A stretch of DNA of 41,202 nucleotides, from the IMG/VR virus record IMGVR_UViG_3300036768_001066; one strand, written 5' to 3'. The notes under the pieces are model-generated. The model was not told where the DNA came from and ran no database searches. It worked only from the letters and a program-made list of their open reading frames with translations. Shown here in pieces: positions 17,829 through 28,307 of the stretch; positions within the stretch are counted from its first letter, which is position 1, and the number at the start of each line of letters is the position of its first letter. Origin of the DNA: a virus (taxonomy: Duplodnaviria; Heunggongvirae; Uroviricota; Caudoviricetes). The position numbers and the translations under genes were made by a program.

Positions 17829-18596
17829 ATGATCCGTTTAGATACGACCTCGAAGAGCATTAGGATATACTCGGACGCTACGGCGACGACGAGCGAGCCT
17901 GTATTCGTAACGTCGTATGACGATATACGCGTGGTCAATCCGGCGTTCACTCCAGGGAGTCAGGACGGATCGTTGAATGGTACAACGCCTGTTACTGCAG
18001 TTTCGTCGCCTGTGTCGCCGTTCTACAGGAACATAAAGTACATAAGTGTAGCTAATGTCGATACGGCACCGCATACGGTAACTATTGAGCTCCTCAATGG
18101 AGTCGACCAACGTACGCTGATGAAGGTTTACCTCGAGATAGGGGAAGAGCTCGTGTTCAGCGACGCCGCCGGATGGATGGTAATGAACTCTCTTGGTGAG
18201 ATACGAGTTACCGGGGAATCTGGGCAGAACATAAAGGTCGGTTCGATCGGGTTCGGTCTTGACAACGGAGCAAACCCTCTGACCATAGGAACTAAAGCGT
18301 ACGTGACCGTGCCGTTCTCTGGTACCATAGTAGCGTGGGTAGTTTTCGCCGACCAAATAGGCGACATCCAGGTGGACGTGTGGAAGGACACGTACGACAA
18401 CTATCCGCCGACTGTCGCCGATTCTATACCGGGCAGCGATAAGCCTCGCCTCGTATCGCAGATAAAGAACAGGAACACGAACCTAACGGGGTGGACGGAT
18501 ACTACGGTCAATGCCGGCGACATATTCGCCTTTAACATCGACTCAGTATCAACTATAACGAGAGTTACTGTGCACCTCAAAATAATGAAAGACTAA
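17829..18596 (+). CDS. Virion structural protein, module A plus C-terminal beta domain
   Basis: N-terminus nearly identical in pattern to 20865 (MIRLDT..KS.RIYSDA.ATTSEP.FVT.YDDI). Confidence 0.75.
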   Translation: MIRLDTTSKSIRIYSDATATTSEPVFVTSYDDIRVVNPAFTPGSQDGSLNGTTPVTAVSSPVSPFYRNIKYISVANVDTAPHTVTIELLNGVDQRTLMKVYLEIGEELVFSDAAGWMVMNSLGEIRVTGESGQNIKVGSIGFGLDNGANPLTIGTKAYVTVPFSGTIVAWVVFADQIGDIQVDVWKDTYDNYPPTVADSIPGSDKPRLVSQIKNRNTNLTGWTDTTVNAGDIFAFNIDSVSTITRVTVHLKIMKD

Positions 18597-18597
18597 G

Positions 18598-20712
18598 ATG
18601 TCAAAGAAAGCAGTAGAACATTTATTCACCGGAGCCACGACGCCTATAACGTCGTACGACTCCACCAAGACCAACGTTGGTACGCAGATCAGGCAATACA
18701 CGGGATCCAACCCTACCGACAAGTTTGCAGGTCCATCGATAATAGGTGTGGCAAGACCAATGGAACAATCCACGGCGATACCGGGGATGTTCCCGCACGT
18801 AATAAACTGTGACACGAATACCGATTACGTGTTCCTTGCCGATAACGCCGCTGCCGCTGCAACGAGAAGGATAATTATGTATGAGTACAACAAGGTCACG
18901 TCAATGTTCAACTGGAGGGGTTTCATAACTCTGACATATCCAACCGCGACCGCGCATACCATAAGGGGGTTCAGGATGATATGCGAGTCGTATACAACTG
19001 GTACAGTATCTGTATCAGGCACGGCCGTGACCGGAAGCGGATCTGCCTGGCTAACTGATAGGATGAGCGTAGGATGCCGAATTGGATTCGGGTCCACCGA
19101 TCCGACTGCGATAACCACGTGGTACGAAATCTCGGCCATCGGCGGCGATACTTCCATAACGTTAACGACCTCTGCGGGAACTATACCAGGTGGAACTGCA
19201 TACGTAATACAAGACTTGATGTGTGTGACGTCTACGACTAATGCGACTGCGACCAATGGTGGTCTGTTCGTCACAAAGGGATTGAGAATAGAAAATTTTA
19301 CGACGTCCGGTACCACGATACCGGCCGCGACCACAGTCGATAATATAAGGGCTGTGTACTGGCTCGCCGACGCGGCGGTGGTCACTAATACTACAGCTGC
19401 AGGATCCGCCATAGGACAGAGGACTTCTTGGACATCTCAGTATGTATACGTACTGAATGCGACAGGATCTATCTGCTTCGTGTATAACATAAGAATGGCG
19501 CTAACGCTTGCCGCGGGCAAGGATACTACTACTAACATTATTAAGACTGGTAACCAAGTTCTGACAGGAACCATGTCGCAGATCAATAACGGCAGGATTG
19601 GTACGTTATCTCACGGTCCTGGAAGTGGGGTTGAGAGCTTATATTTTGTAACCACCACAAGGGTTTACAGGTGTGCGTTGACTAACATAACCAACGGTAG
19701 CACAACCTGGACCTCGGACGTAATGGTCGAGGTCCCGCCGGGCGGGACTGCAACATTCGCAGCGACATCCGCGTTGTCTTCTGTAGAGATCTCGAGCTTG
19801 ATAGACAGACTCGTGATAATGACAACTGGTGCTACAAGTACCCGCAGCTACGTCACCACATATAACACAATATCGTCGCAGTTCGAGTTGATATTCCTCG
19901 CAGACGACAGACAGCTCGACCAGTCTACGGCGGATTCCACTATAGTACCACACCCTTCAATACAGGCTTCCACTTTTTCTATTTGGTCGGAGGGGGGAAT
20001 ACTGTATATGGCACGTCACAGTACGGCAGCAACGGCCAATCAGATATACACCATACCGATAGAGGCACACTGGACATACACGTCAACCACTAACCAGGTC
20101 CTAATAACACCTGCCATGGACACGTCGAACGCCACCAAGCTGTATAGGGTTTACGTGAACGAGATTAAGAAGATGGGTAATGATTATCTCGTTAAGAATC
20201 CGGAGCCGTTCAAGACTTACGTCAGGACTGCCGGAATATCTGATAACTCTGGTACGTGGACTCTACTTGACGATAGTGGCACGCTAACATCAATATCGCC
20301 GTCAACGTCTATACAGTTTAAGTTCGAATTTAGAGTGCTTGGCGAGTCGTGCATACCCGCGAGGATAATGGGACTTACGGTGGTTTACGAGGACGACACA
20401 ACTGATTCTCATTACACGCCGTCAGTGGCCAAGTCAAGCGTGACATCTAACACCTTCGGGTACAGGCAATCGTCCCTATGGGGCGGCACAATACCTGACC
20501 TGAGGATAAGGCTGTACAACGCGGTATCGGGCGTGCCGATAGTCGACGACACAGTGACGGCTTCCGCCTTCGGAACGTGGCAGTACTCGACCGACGGCAA
20601 CGTATGGAACGCATGGAGCTCTTCGGCAGATGTCGTGGGCAACTACATCCGTTACGTCGCTACGTCGCTGCCGGGTTCAATTAAAGTGAGGGCGCTGCTT
20701 ACGCAGGCGTAA
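18598..20712 (+). CDS. Large Thr/Gly-rich beta-structured virion/tail protein
   Basis: 704 aa, T/G/S/A-rich, inside the fibre cluster. Confidence 0.75.
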   Translation: MSKKAVEHLFTGATTPITSYDSTKTNVGTQIRQYTGSNPTDKFAGPSIIGVARPMEQSTAIPGMFPHVINCDTNTDYVFLADNAAAAATRRIIMYEYNKVTSMFNWRGFITLTYPTATAHTIRGFRMICESYTTGTVSVSGTAVTGSGSAWLTDRMSVGCRIGFGSTDPTAITTWYEISAIGGDTSITLTTSAGTIPGGTAYVIQDLMCVTSTTNATATNGGLFVTKGLRIENFTTSGTTIPAATTVDNIRAVYWLADAAVVTNTTAAGSAIGQRTSWTSQYVYVLNATGSICFVYNIRMALTLAAGKDTTTNIIKTGNQVLTGTMSQINNGRIGTLSHGPGSGVESLYFVTTTRVYRCALTNITNGSTTWTSDVMVEVPPGGTATFAATSALSSVEISSLIDRLVIMTTGATSTRSYVTTYNTISSQFELIFLADDRQLDQSTADSTIVPHPSIQASTFSIWSEGGILYMARHSTAATANQIYTIPIEAHWTYTSTTNQVLITPAMDTSNATKLYRVYVNEIKKMGNDYLVKNPEPFKTYVRTAGISDNSGTWTLLDDSGTLTSISPSTSIQFKFEFRVLGESCIPARIMGLTVVYEDDTTDSHYTPSVAKSSVTSNTFGYRQSSLWGGTIPDLRIRLYNAVSGVPIVDDTVTASAFGTWQYSTDGNVWNAWSSSADVVGNYIRYVATSLPGSIKVRALLTQA

Positions 20713-20718
20713 TAGAAC

Positions 20719-20865
20719 ATGATCAACGACATAGTTTTTGATCCGTCAGAATTTGTGCTCGAGGTCGCAGACACGACCCCCGGCACTATTGTCGGCATAA
20801 GCCTCGACGGCTCTGCGTACACGTTCACCCAAGTGGCCGAAATAGTTACAATACAGGTAGGCTGA
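20719..20865 (+). CDS. Small protein (48 aa, MINDIVFDPSEFVLEV...)
   Basis: Fills the gap exactly; TGATG overlap with the next gene; below the ORF-track cutoff. Confidence 0.65.
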   Translation: MINDIVFDPSEFVLEVADTTPGTIVGISLDGSAYTFTQVAEIVTIQVG

Positions 20866-21950
20866 TGATAAGATTAGATACCATAAACAAATCTCTCAGG
20901 ATATACTCGGACGCTGCGGCGACGACGAGCGAGCCGATATTTGTAACGGCGTACGATGACATAGAGTCGACAACACCAGTTATGACGCCCGGTGGCAATG
21001 ACGGTGTGCTCACTGGCAACACACCGGTAACGGCTGTGGCACCTCCTGCTGCATCCATATACAGGAACATAAAATACGTGAACGTGTTCAACAACGACAC
21101 GGTCAACAGGGTGATAACAGTCGAGCTCTACAACACGGGTACGAGCAGAACATTGATAAGCGTGATACTTAAACCGGACGAGCAGCTCGTATTCAACGAC
21201 GGTGCTGGATGGATGGTACTCACCACTCTTGGCGAGAAAAAAGTTACAGGTATATCGGGGTTCTCCGGTTATTCAGGCACATCGGGGTTCTCCGGCTACT
21301 CCGGTACAAGCGGGGTTAGTGGATTTAGCGGAACTTCTGGCATATCTGGATACTCAGGAGTGAGTGGATTCTCAGGAGTGATCGGATTCTCAGGAACCTC
21401 AGGGTTCAGCGGATACTTGGGAGTATCTGGATTCAGTGGCGTGTCCGGTTTTTCTGGAGTATCCGGATTCAGTGGAGTTTCGGGGTTTTCTGGCGTAAGT
21501 GGTTATTCGGGAGTGAGCGGATCGGGAGTATCTGGATTCAGTGGAGTTTCCGGTTATTCGGGAGTGAGCGGATTCTCAGGCCTCAGTGGTGATCCGAGCT
21601 ACGGCTTGCTTACCATTAGCGCATCTCGCAACTCGGCAAACACAACGAATCAATACCTAAGGGACGAGGACGGTGTGCCCATGAACCTGGCGCCGGTCGT
21701 AATGCCTTACAATGGCACTATAGTGGCAATGTCCGCATCATGCAACTCGGTTAACGGCAACGCGTGGAGCATAGAGGTGCGGAACAACGGTACTCTTACC
21801 GGAGCTGTGATAAATTTAACTGGTGCACAAACGAGCAATTACTCAGATACATACAACGTGGATGTGAACGCCGGCGATTTACTTCAACTGTATATGACTG
21901 GGGCATCCATAGACAGACCGAAGGGAACAATAGTAATAAAGAGAAGGTAA
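20865..21950 (+). CDS. Fibre-like protein: module A + Ser-Gly-X repeats + C-terminal beta domain
   Basis: Paralogue of 17829 with an inserted (SGX)n block. Confidence 0.75.
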   Translation: MIRLDTINKSLRIYSDAAATTSEPIFVTAYDDIESTTPVMTPGGNDGVLTGNTPVTAVAPPAASIYRNIKYVNVFNNDTVNRVITVELYNTGTSRTLISVILKPDEQLVFNDGAGWMVLTTLGEKKVTGISGFSGYSGTSGFSGYSGTSGVSGFSGTSGISGYSGVSGFSGVIGFSGTSGFSGYLGVSGFSGVSGFSGVSGFSGVSGFSGVSGYSGVSGSGVSGFSGVSGYSGVSGFSGLSGDPSYGLLTISASRNSANTTNQYLRDEDGVPMNLAPVVMPYNGTIVAMSASCNSVNGNAWSIEVRNNGTLTGAVINLTGAQTSNYSDTYNVDVNAGDLLQLYMTGASIDRPKGTIVIKRR

Positions 21951-21955
21951 TATAA

Positions 21956-24049
21956 ATGGTGCCATTTTTAAAAATAACGACAACAGGAGTTGGAAGTCCG
22001 GACATCGTGGTTCTTTATGACCTCGGTGAACGTACTTTTTATCATCCAGTCGTCGACCATGATCTGCTGGAGGAGTACTCGCTGTCGGAATTACAGAATT
22101 CACGCGATCTAATAACAGCTATAGATGACGGTAAATTGACCGGCAACTATAATGGATATTCTGTTACTTCAGCTGACGATTTCTACAATTTCGTAACAGG
22201 TGTGTCGGGCTTTAGTGGGTTTTCTGGCGTTAGTGGTCACTCGGGAATATCTGGATTTTCTGGCATCTCGGGTTACTCTGGCGTTAGTGGGTTCTCGGGT
22301 TACTCTGGCGTTAGTGGGTTCTCGGGTTACTCTGGCGTTTCTGGCCACTCTGGAGTGAGCGGTTTTAGCGGTTACTCTGGAACGAGTGGAACCTCTGGCG
22401 TGAGCGGGTTCTCGGGTTACTCTGGAGTCTCGGGCTATTCGGGTTACTCTGGAGTCTCCGGATACTCCGGAACCTCGGGATTCAGCGGTTACTCTGGAAC
22501 GAGCGGCACATCAGGCGAGTCTGGTTATTCGGGCATATCAGGTTTCAGTGGATACTCTGGCATTTCTGGAATTTCTGGCACTTCTGGTGAGTCTGGTTAC
22601 TCAGGTACAAGCGGGGTATCAGGGGTCTCCGGCTACTCTGGGGTAAGTGGTTACTCGGGTTACTCGGGTTACTCGGGGCTTTCGGGATTCTCTGGCAAAG
22701 CGGACAGATATTTAACATCATCAACTGATTCGCTCACAATACCAGTTGGGTCTCCTAATATACAAATAATTTTTGTTGAGTCGGGATTATCGTATTCCGT
22801 AGGACAAGGAGTTGTCGTCGCGTACAACGCTACAAATCTTTTCATAGGAGAGGTGCAGTCGTACAACTCAGGCACTGGAGAACTCGTAGTCCTCGTCATA
22901 ACAGAGGAGGGTTCGGGAACTTATTCTTCGTGGACCGTCAATCTTGACGGCGTGCAGGGCGTGCAGGGTGAGTCTGGAATCTCCGGTTACTCTGGCATAG
23001 GTTTATCGGGCTACTCAGGCGTGTCTGGTTTTTCTGGTACTTCGGGTTACTCTGGCACCTCCGGATTTTCGGGCTCCGGCACTTCCGGATTTTCGGGTTA
23101 CAGCGGCACTTCCGGATTTTCGGGTTACAGCGGTACATCAGGATTCTCGGGCGTTTCTGGATACTCCGGTGTGAGCGGATACTCTGGCGTTTCTGGATAC
23201 TCCGGTGTGAGCGGATACTCGGGCGTTTCTGGATACTCAGGAACAAGCGGATTCAGCGGATACTCAGGAACAAGCGGATACTCAGGAACCTCCGGCATAT
23301 CTGGTTACTCTGGGACGAGCGGATTCTCCGGCGTATCGGGTTACTCCGGCACGTCGGGATTTTCGGGTTACTCCGGCACGTCGGGATTTTCGGGTTACTC
23401 CGGCACGTCGGGATTTTCGGGTTACTCCGGAACCTCAGGAACCTCAGGTTACTCTGGAGTGAGTGGTTTTAGTGGTGTATCTGGGTTCTCTGGCGTTTCT
23501 GGCCGCTCTGGAGTGAGTGGTTTTAGTGGTGTATCTGGGTTCTCTGGCGTTTCTGGCTATTCTGGAGTTAGCGGATATTCTGGTTACTCTGGCACGAGCG
23601 GTTTTTCTGGAAATTCGCCAGCATCGACATACGGAGAAATGTACTTAAACGGCAACGCAACGGCAACGGCAATCGCGGCAACATCCACTCCATTGAAAGT
23701 GGCTGGAACTACTACAGCCGGAGATCTTACGGCAGACGTGACGCATTCCAATGGAAGACTGACTTATACTGGTGCGGCAACGAGAGAATTTTTAATAAAC
23801 GTGTCCGTGTCGTCTGTATCTGCATCCGCCAACGAGACGTTCAGTTTCTTTGTTTACAAGAACGGCGCGCGAGTTACAAAGTCGCAGATAAATTCATTCT
23901 TCAGGACTTCTACTGATCAATACGCAGCTGGAGTCAATTGCTTGGTATCTCTTGCAACTAACGATTACGTAGAGTTGTGGGTGCAGAATATAACATCCGC
24001 CGCGGACATAACTATATCGTACATGAACTTTACAATGACAAGGATATAA
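21956..24049 (+). CDS. Fibre-like protein with very long Ser-Gly-X repeats and a C1q/BclA-like C-terminal domain
   Basis: Two (SGX)n blocks. The C-terminus (GRLTYTG...FLINVSV...VYKNG...[14 protein letters not shown]) has the C1q/TNF-like jelly-roll pattern. Confidence 0.75.
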   Translation: MVPFLKITTTGVGSPDIVVLYDLGERTFYHPVVDHDLLEEYSLSELQNSRDLITAIDDGKLTGNYNGYSVTSADDFYNFVTGVSGFSGFSGVSGHSGISGFSGISGYSGVSGFSGYSGVSGFSGYSGVSGHSGVSGFSGYSGTSGTSGVSGFSGYSGVSGYSGYSGVSGYSGTSGFSGYSGTSGTSGESGYSGISGFSGYSGISGISGTSGESGYSGTSGVSGVSGYSGVSGYSGYSGYSGLSGFSGKADRYLTSSTDSLTIPVGSPNIQIIFVESGLSYSVGQGVVVAYNATNLFIGEVQSYNSGTGELVVLVITEEGSGTYSSWTVNLDGVQGVQGESGISGYSGIGLSGYSGVSGFSGTSGYSGTSGFSGSGTSGFSGYSGTSGFSGYSGTSGFSGVSGYSGVSGYSGVSGYSGVSGYSGVSGYSGTSGFSGYSGTSGYSGTSGISGYSGTSGFSGVSGYSGTSGFSGYSGTSGFSGYSGTSGFSGYSGTSGTSGYSGVSGFSGVSGFSGVSGRSGVSGFSGVSGFSGVSGYSGVSGYSGYSGTSGFSGNSPASTYGEMYLNGNATATAIAATSTPLKVAGTTTAGDLTADVTHSNGRLTYTGAATREFLINVSVSSVSASANETFSFFVYKNGARVTKSQINSFFRTSTDQYAAGVNCLVSLATNDYVELWVQNITSAADITISYMNFTMTRI
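23341..23421 (+). repeat. Three perfect 27-nt tandem copies (ttactccggcacgtcgggattttcggg) inside the SGX block
   Basis: Copies at 23341, 23368 and 23395. A similar 18-nt unit is repeated ~2.7x at 17700-17748. Confidence 0.9.
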
Positions 24050-24051
24050 AA

Positions 24052-25482
24052 ATGAGGATAGCAGTATTAGATAGCAACGGCATTCAATCTACGGTCGACG
24101 GACAGTTGAGCAACTATTACATAGTGCCGGACAACTATAACTTTGCCACCAATGGCGCCACGGACGTCACTTCGCCTGAGACGTTGTACTTGTTCTTTTC
24201 AGTTAAGCGCATGGAGTATTTTGACTGGAAGGACTCGGCAAATTCGCACGTTATTCCGAATTGGTCTGGCGTTTCCGCTGAGATGAAATACGAGTACAGA
24301 AGGCATTTTGTTATGCCGAACTCTGAGAATATTCTCGACTACTTTACAAGGGCCGAGATATACGAGTTCATGCAGGATCTTGTATGGCGTCCAGACGTAA
24401 TATCATTCGACCCAAGATCTTTGACTCAGACGGTACTGATAGAGCTACCAGATCTTGGTACATCTGGAAAGTTAATAACAACGCAAAATTTGGCGGATGC
24501 ACAAGCTGCTTCTGGATTTAGCGGGGTCTCTGGTTATTCAGGACTCGGCTTATCCGGTTATTCTGGTATAAGCGGCACGAGTGGATCATCTGGCGTGTCG
24601 GGGGTCTCTGGAGTGAGCGGATTCAGTGGCGTGTCGGGTTATTCGGGAAATATCGGTATTTCTGGTACTTCTGGTTTCAGCGGGACCCAAGGTTTTTCGG
24701 GCGTGTCGGGCGTGTCCGGTTTCTCCGGCATTAGTGGTTTCTCCGGTTATTCTGGAGTATCTGGATTCAGTGGTACTGACGGTACAAATGGTTCCTCAGG
24801 GTTCTCCGGATACTCCGGAGTTTCTGGTACCAGCGGCCGAAGCGGGTTCTCCGGATACTCTGGCGCATCTGGTTTTTCTGGGCTGTCGGGTTACTCAGGG
24901 ATCTTTGGATTCAGCGGCATGTCGGGTTACTCAGGGGTCTCTGGGTTTTCTGGTTATAGCGGGACTTCAGGATTCTCGGGAACAAACGGTGCAGCAGGTA
25001 CTTCAGGATTCTCCGGTACGAGTGGCTCATCCGGAATATCTGGGTTCAGCGGTCGAAGTGGGTTCAGCGGAGTATCTGGGGTTTCTGGTTACTCTGGAGC
25101 CCCGTTATCAACAGCAGGTGTTGGTACTTCTCCAGCTGCTACCCAAACAACAACAATCACACATGGTCTCGGAAAGGTTCCAGCTATCATAAGAATTTAT
25201 GGTTATGGTACATTTACCGCAAACAGCTCTGCAACCGCAACCACATCATCTATTGGTATATGGAACTCAAGCGGAAACAGGTGTGTATATCAACGATTCG
25301 GAGCAACAATTACCGCAACTCAAGCGGGTTTATCTTCAACCACCTTTGCAATACTTTTAGCAACAGGCGGGGGAAGTTATATTTCGGGAGTCATTCAGAA
25401 CGTCACATCAACATCATTCGATATTGCATGGACTGAAACTGGAACGACAACAGCGCAGGTGTATATGTGGGAAGCACAATAA
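24052..25482 (+). CDS. Fibre-like protein: module B + Ser-Gly-X repeats + C-terminal beta domain
   Basis: Start at ATG 24052 (MRIAVLD); N-terminus paralogous to 25500; C-terminus has a TITHGLGKVP motif. Confidence 0.75.
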   Translation: MRIAVLDSNGIQSTVDGQLSNYYIVPDNYNFATNGATDVTSPETLYLFFSVKRMEYFDWKDSANSHVIPNWSGVSAEMKYEYRRHFVMPNSENILDYFTRAEIYEFMQDLVWRPDVISFDPRSLTQTVLIELPDLGTSGKLITTQNLADAQAASGFSGVSGYSGLGLSGYSGISGTSGSSGVSGVSGVSGFSGVSGYSGNIGISGTSGFSGTQGFSGVSGVSGFSGISGFSGYSGVSGFSGTDGTNGSSGFSGYSGVSGTSGRSGFSGYSGASGFSGLSGYSGIFGFSGMSGYSGVSGFSGYSGTSGFSGTNGAAGTSGFSGTSGSSGISGFSGRSGFSGVSGVSGYSGAPLSTAGVGTSPAATQTTTITHGLGKVPAIIRIYGYGTFTANSSATATTSSIGIWNSSGNRCVYQRFGATITATQAGLSSTTFAILLATGGGSYISGVIQNVTSTSFDIAWTETGTTTAQVYMWEAQ

Positions 25483-25499
25483 ATCATAGAGTTATTAAA

Positions 25500-26150
25500 A
25501 TGAGGATAGCCAAACTAAAAACAACACCGCACCAGGACACGAGTCAAGGAATTTTGAACTACTATTACACGGTTCCAAATAATCATGTCTTTTCCCAGGA
25601 TGAAGACGATGTAACATCGGTGGATACGCTGCTGACGATGACGAACGGTAGGAAGTTTGACTATGGCGTGTTCAGAGATTCGTTGCGCGACATACTTGTT
25701 ACCGACTGGGGCGCTCTCATGTATGAAGATCGTAAGAAATGCGTGCAACACTACCGCTACCCCGCAGACATAAGTCAGGGTGAGTGGGACACCTATTTCA
25801 CACCAGCTGAGCATGAGCGCAACTGGAACATACTAACGGCGAGGACAAGGGAGGTTCGCCTATCGCGACTATTCGCAGCGTTCCAAAAAATATCATTCCG
25901 TCTTCCGGAGGCGTATGTGGCCATGATATACATGGTCACCAAAGAGATGTGCTATGACTATTACTATGCGAATCTTCCTCACATTATCCTGTGGCTGCAG
26001 AACGGTTCGTACCCAGTGCTCGGTATAAATTACACGAATAACGGGTTCGCTCAGATGCCCGGATACACCACTTCGCTTATGTACGAGCTGCTCGACATAT
26101 TTGTAAACGGTAATTACGAGAACGTGGACAACGAGATGCGTTTTAGATAA
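25500..26150 (+). CDS. Module-B protein without repeats
   Basis: Start at ATG 25500 (MRIAKLK); aligns by eye with the 24052 N-terminus (NYY.VP.N..F...DVTS..TL, FD.....W). Confidence 0.75.
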   Translation: MRIAKLKTTPHQDTSQGILNYYYTVPNNHVFSQDEDDVTSVDTLLTMTNGRKFDYGVFRDSLRDILVTDWGALMYEDRKKCVQHYRYPADISQGEWDTYFTPAEHERNWNILTARTREVRLSRLFAAFQKISFRLPEAYVAMIYMVTKEMCYDYYYANLPHIILWLQNGSYPVLGINYTNNGFAQMPGYTTSLMYELLDIFVNGNYENVDNEMRFR

Positions 26151-26170
26151 AAAATAAAAACTAAGAAATA

Positions 26171-26800
26171 ATGCAAATGCTTATCGGTTCCAAGAACCAA
26201 GACGTACCTGAGAAGTACAAAAAATACAGGGACAGTTTTGAGACTGGAGACCTTGTGTTGTATAGGGGAAGCAGCTTCCTATCGAGGTCCATCCAGTATT
26301 TCGACCGCGCATACTACAACCACATAGGGGTTGTTTGGAAGGCTGATGACATGGACCGCGTGCTCACGCTGGACATGTGGTCAGGAGGTCTCGTTTGCGT
26401 CCCGCTGTCAAGGAGGATGGACGGGTACAGCGACTTCTGCATCATGCGTCCTCGCGTTGGCGAGGCAAAGATGGAGGCTGCCATAAAGGAGATTCTCTCT
26501 TATTGGGGCGGCAAGGAGGTCAAGTACGACAACACGTTGCTGCTGCGCATCGCTTTAATAAAGAAGACCGGAATAGACCTTACCGGTCTCGGCAAGTCCG
26601 ACCGGTTCATCTGCAGTGAGTTCGCGCAGTTCTACGTCAACCTGCTCGGGCTGAACACTTACGATAACATCAACCTGATAACGCCCGAAGACTTCAGGAG
26701 GTACATAGACCAGAATTTCGTGGTGCTGTACGATGAAGCGCCGGCTCCAGATTTCACGCACCGCGGTAAGAAGATCCGCTGTGGCGGTTACACTATTTAA
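26171..26800 (+). CDS. Permuted papain-like amidase (YiiX/YaeF-type NlpC/P60)
   Basis: GDLVLYRG, NHIGVV (His first), KYD, FICSEF (Cys later). Confidence 0.85.
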   Translation: MQMLIGSKNQDVPEKYKKYRDSFETGDLVLYRGSSFLSRSIQYFDRAYYNHIGVVWKADDMDRVLTLDMWSGGLVCVPLSRRMDGYSDFCIMRPRVGEAKMEAAIKEILSYWGGKEVKYDNTLLLRIALIKKTGIDLTGLGKSDRFICSEFAQFYVNLLGLNTYDNINLITPEDFRRYIDQNFVVLYDEAPAPDFTHRGKKIRCGGYTI

Positions 26801-26809
26801 AACCAGTTT

Positions 26810-26843
26810 ATTAGGGGGGGCGACAAAAGCCCCCTAATTTTTT
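26810..26843 (+). terminator. Intrinsic terminator ending the fibre cluster
   Basis: ATTAGGGGG...CCCCCTAAT plus a T run. Confidence 0.7.
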
Positions 26844-26845
26844 CC

Positions 26846-26853
26846 GATATATA
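26846..26853 (+). promoter_or_regulatory. GATATATA box
   Basis: Directly after the terminator, upstream of ATG 26898. Confidence 0.5.
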
Positions 26854-26897
26854 AAACAGGGAGGCGCAACATTGCAGATAAATCAAATAAAAACAAC

Positions 26898-28097
26898 ATG
26901 ATGGATAAACTAAAGATAGACAAGCTCGGGCACAGGATACACGAGGAGGAATCTGACGCGCTAAACTTCTTCGTAAAGGACAACTCGGTCGTACCGTCAT
27001 GGATGCGGATCAACGGGCCGTTCTTGTTTAACCAGTTCATATCTGTTATACAGGACATCTACAAGGAGGACTGCAGCCTGGACTGGAAGTACCAGGACGA
27101 CGAGTACCAGCAGGTCCTCATGCGCATAAAGTACAAGGACAGCATCGTGTACGTTCGCAACAGGAGGTCTCACTCTGCCGACGACGATCACTACAAGATA
27201 AAGCCGGCGCAGAAGAAGTTCAAGGACAAGGAACACGGCACGCTCGTGTGTCAGGAGGTTGACATCATGTACAATCAGTATGTGGGTGTCCCCGATGAGC
27301 TTGTCGAGGCGCTGCACAAGATAAAGCTCGAGACGTCGGACGAGATAAACAGGATTCACTTGTTGTGCCAGGACTCAGAGTCCGGATTGTACACCAAGGA
27401 GCTGCCGATGATAAGCGCGGACCTGAAGTTCGACCTCGACATTCACTACGGAGACGGGTTTTCCAAGTTCCACGAGCTTAACCTGAAGAGGATAAGCGAG
27501 AAGAACAAGGGCATCATACTCCTGTACGGCACGCCAGGAACTGGCAAGTCGTACTACATACGCAGGCTGATAAGAGACCTGGCGAAAACGAAGAAGAATA
27601 TCCTGTACATGCCGAACAACATGGTCGACATGATAGGAACCCCGGTGTTCAACAACTTCCTGCTCGACTGGGCTGATGACAGGATAGACGAAGAGGGCGG
27701 CAAGAAGAAGCCAGGCATACTGCTCGTGATAGAGGACGCCGAGCGCGTGCTCATCAAGAGGGACATAAACCAGTACGGCGGAGACGGCGTGTCCAACATA
27801 CTCAACTCGTCCGATGGCATACTCAACGACTTCCTGAACATTCAGGTGCTTGCCACATTCAACTCCGACATAAAGATGATAGACGAAGCGATACTCAGAA
27901 AACAGCGCATGCTCTCCATAAAGGAGTTCAACAAGCTGTCTAAAGAGGATGCTCAGAGGGTGATAGACAAGTATGAGATCAAGCATACGGCAACCGGGCC
28001 TATGAGTCTGGCCGACATATTCTCGCTGAGGCAGGACGAGGACGACACTGTACTACTTGGGGACTCAAAACCAACGAAGGGCATAGGATTCAAATAA
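26898..28097 (+). CDS. AAA+ family ATPase
   Basis: LLYGTPGTGKS, LLVIEDAE, LNSSDG, ATFN, AILRKQR. Confidence 0.9.
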   Translation: MMDKLKIDKLGHRIHEEESDALNFFVKDNSVVPSWMRINGPFLFNQFISVIQDIYKEDCSLDWKYQDDEYQQVLMRIKYKDSIVYVRNRRSHSADDDHYKIKPAQKKFKDKEHGTLVCQEVDIMYNQYVGVPDELVEALHKIKLETSDEINRIHLLCQDSESGLYTKELPMISADLKFDLDIHYGDGFSKFHELNLKRISEKNKGIILLYGTPGTGKSYYIRRLIRDLAKTKKNILYMPNNMVDMIGTPVFNNFLLDWADDRIDEEGGKKKPGILLVIEDAERVLIKRDINQYGGDGVSNILNSSDGILNDFLNIQVLATFNSDIKMIDEAILRKQRMLSIKEFNKLSKEDAQRVIDKYEIKHTATGPMSLADIFSLRQDEDDTVLLGDSKPTKGIGFK

Positions 28098-28104
28098 AAT
28101 ACAC

Positions 28105-28307
28105 ATGAAACTTTACGACGTACCAAGGGAGACCTATCAAAGTGCTTGAAGACGTGCACGTACCGGTAGGATGCGCGCCGATAAGGTCGGCGAGATTATA
28201 TTCTTCGACCATATCGACGGGATGTACTCGTTCTGGACAAGGACAAAAAACATGTGCTCCATTTGGCTGCATTCACGGAGGTAGAAATTCTGGATCCGCA
28301 ACCATGA
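28105..28307 (+). pseudogene. Small phage gene broken by three frameshifts (MKLYDVPRETY-IKVLEDVHVPVGCAPI-KVGEIIFFDHIDGMYSF-DKDKKHVLHLAAFTEVEIL)
   Basis: Coherent protein-like segments in successive frames; the stop overlaps the next ATG. Confidence 0.7.

Noticed and set aside
16289-17950. Pro-rich minus-strand ORFs (16289-16822, 17567-17950, 22669-22899) and alternative-frame ORFs such as 24626-25192
   Set aside because: Shadows of the Ser-Gly-X repeats; reverse complements of Gly/Ser codons contain no stops.
16275-25482. Ser-Gly-X DNA repeats as CRISPR or DGR template/variable repeats
   Set aside because: No constant repeat with unique spacers, no adenine-specific mismatch pair, and no reverse transcriptase in the window.
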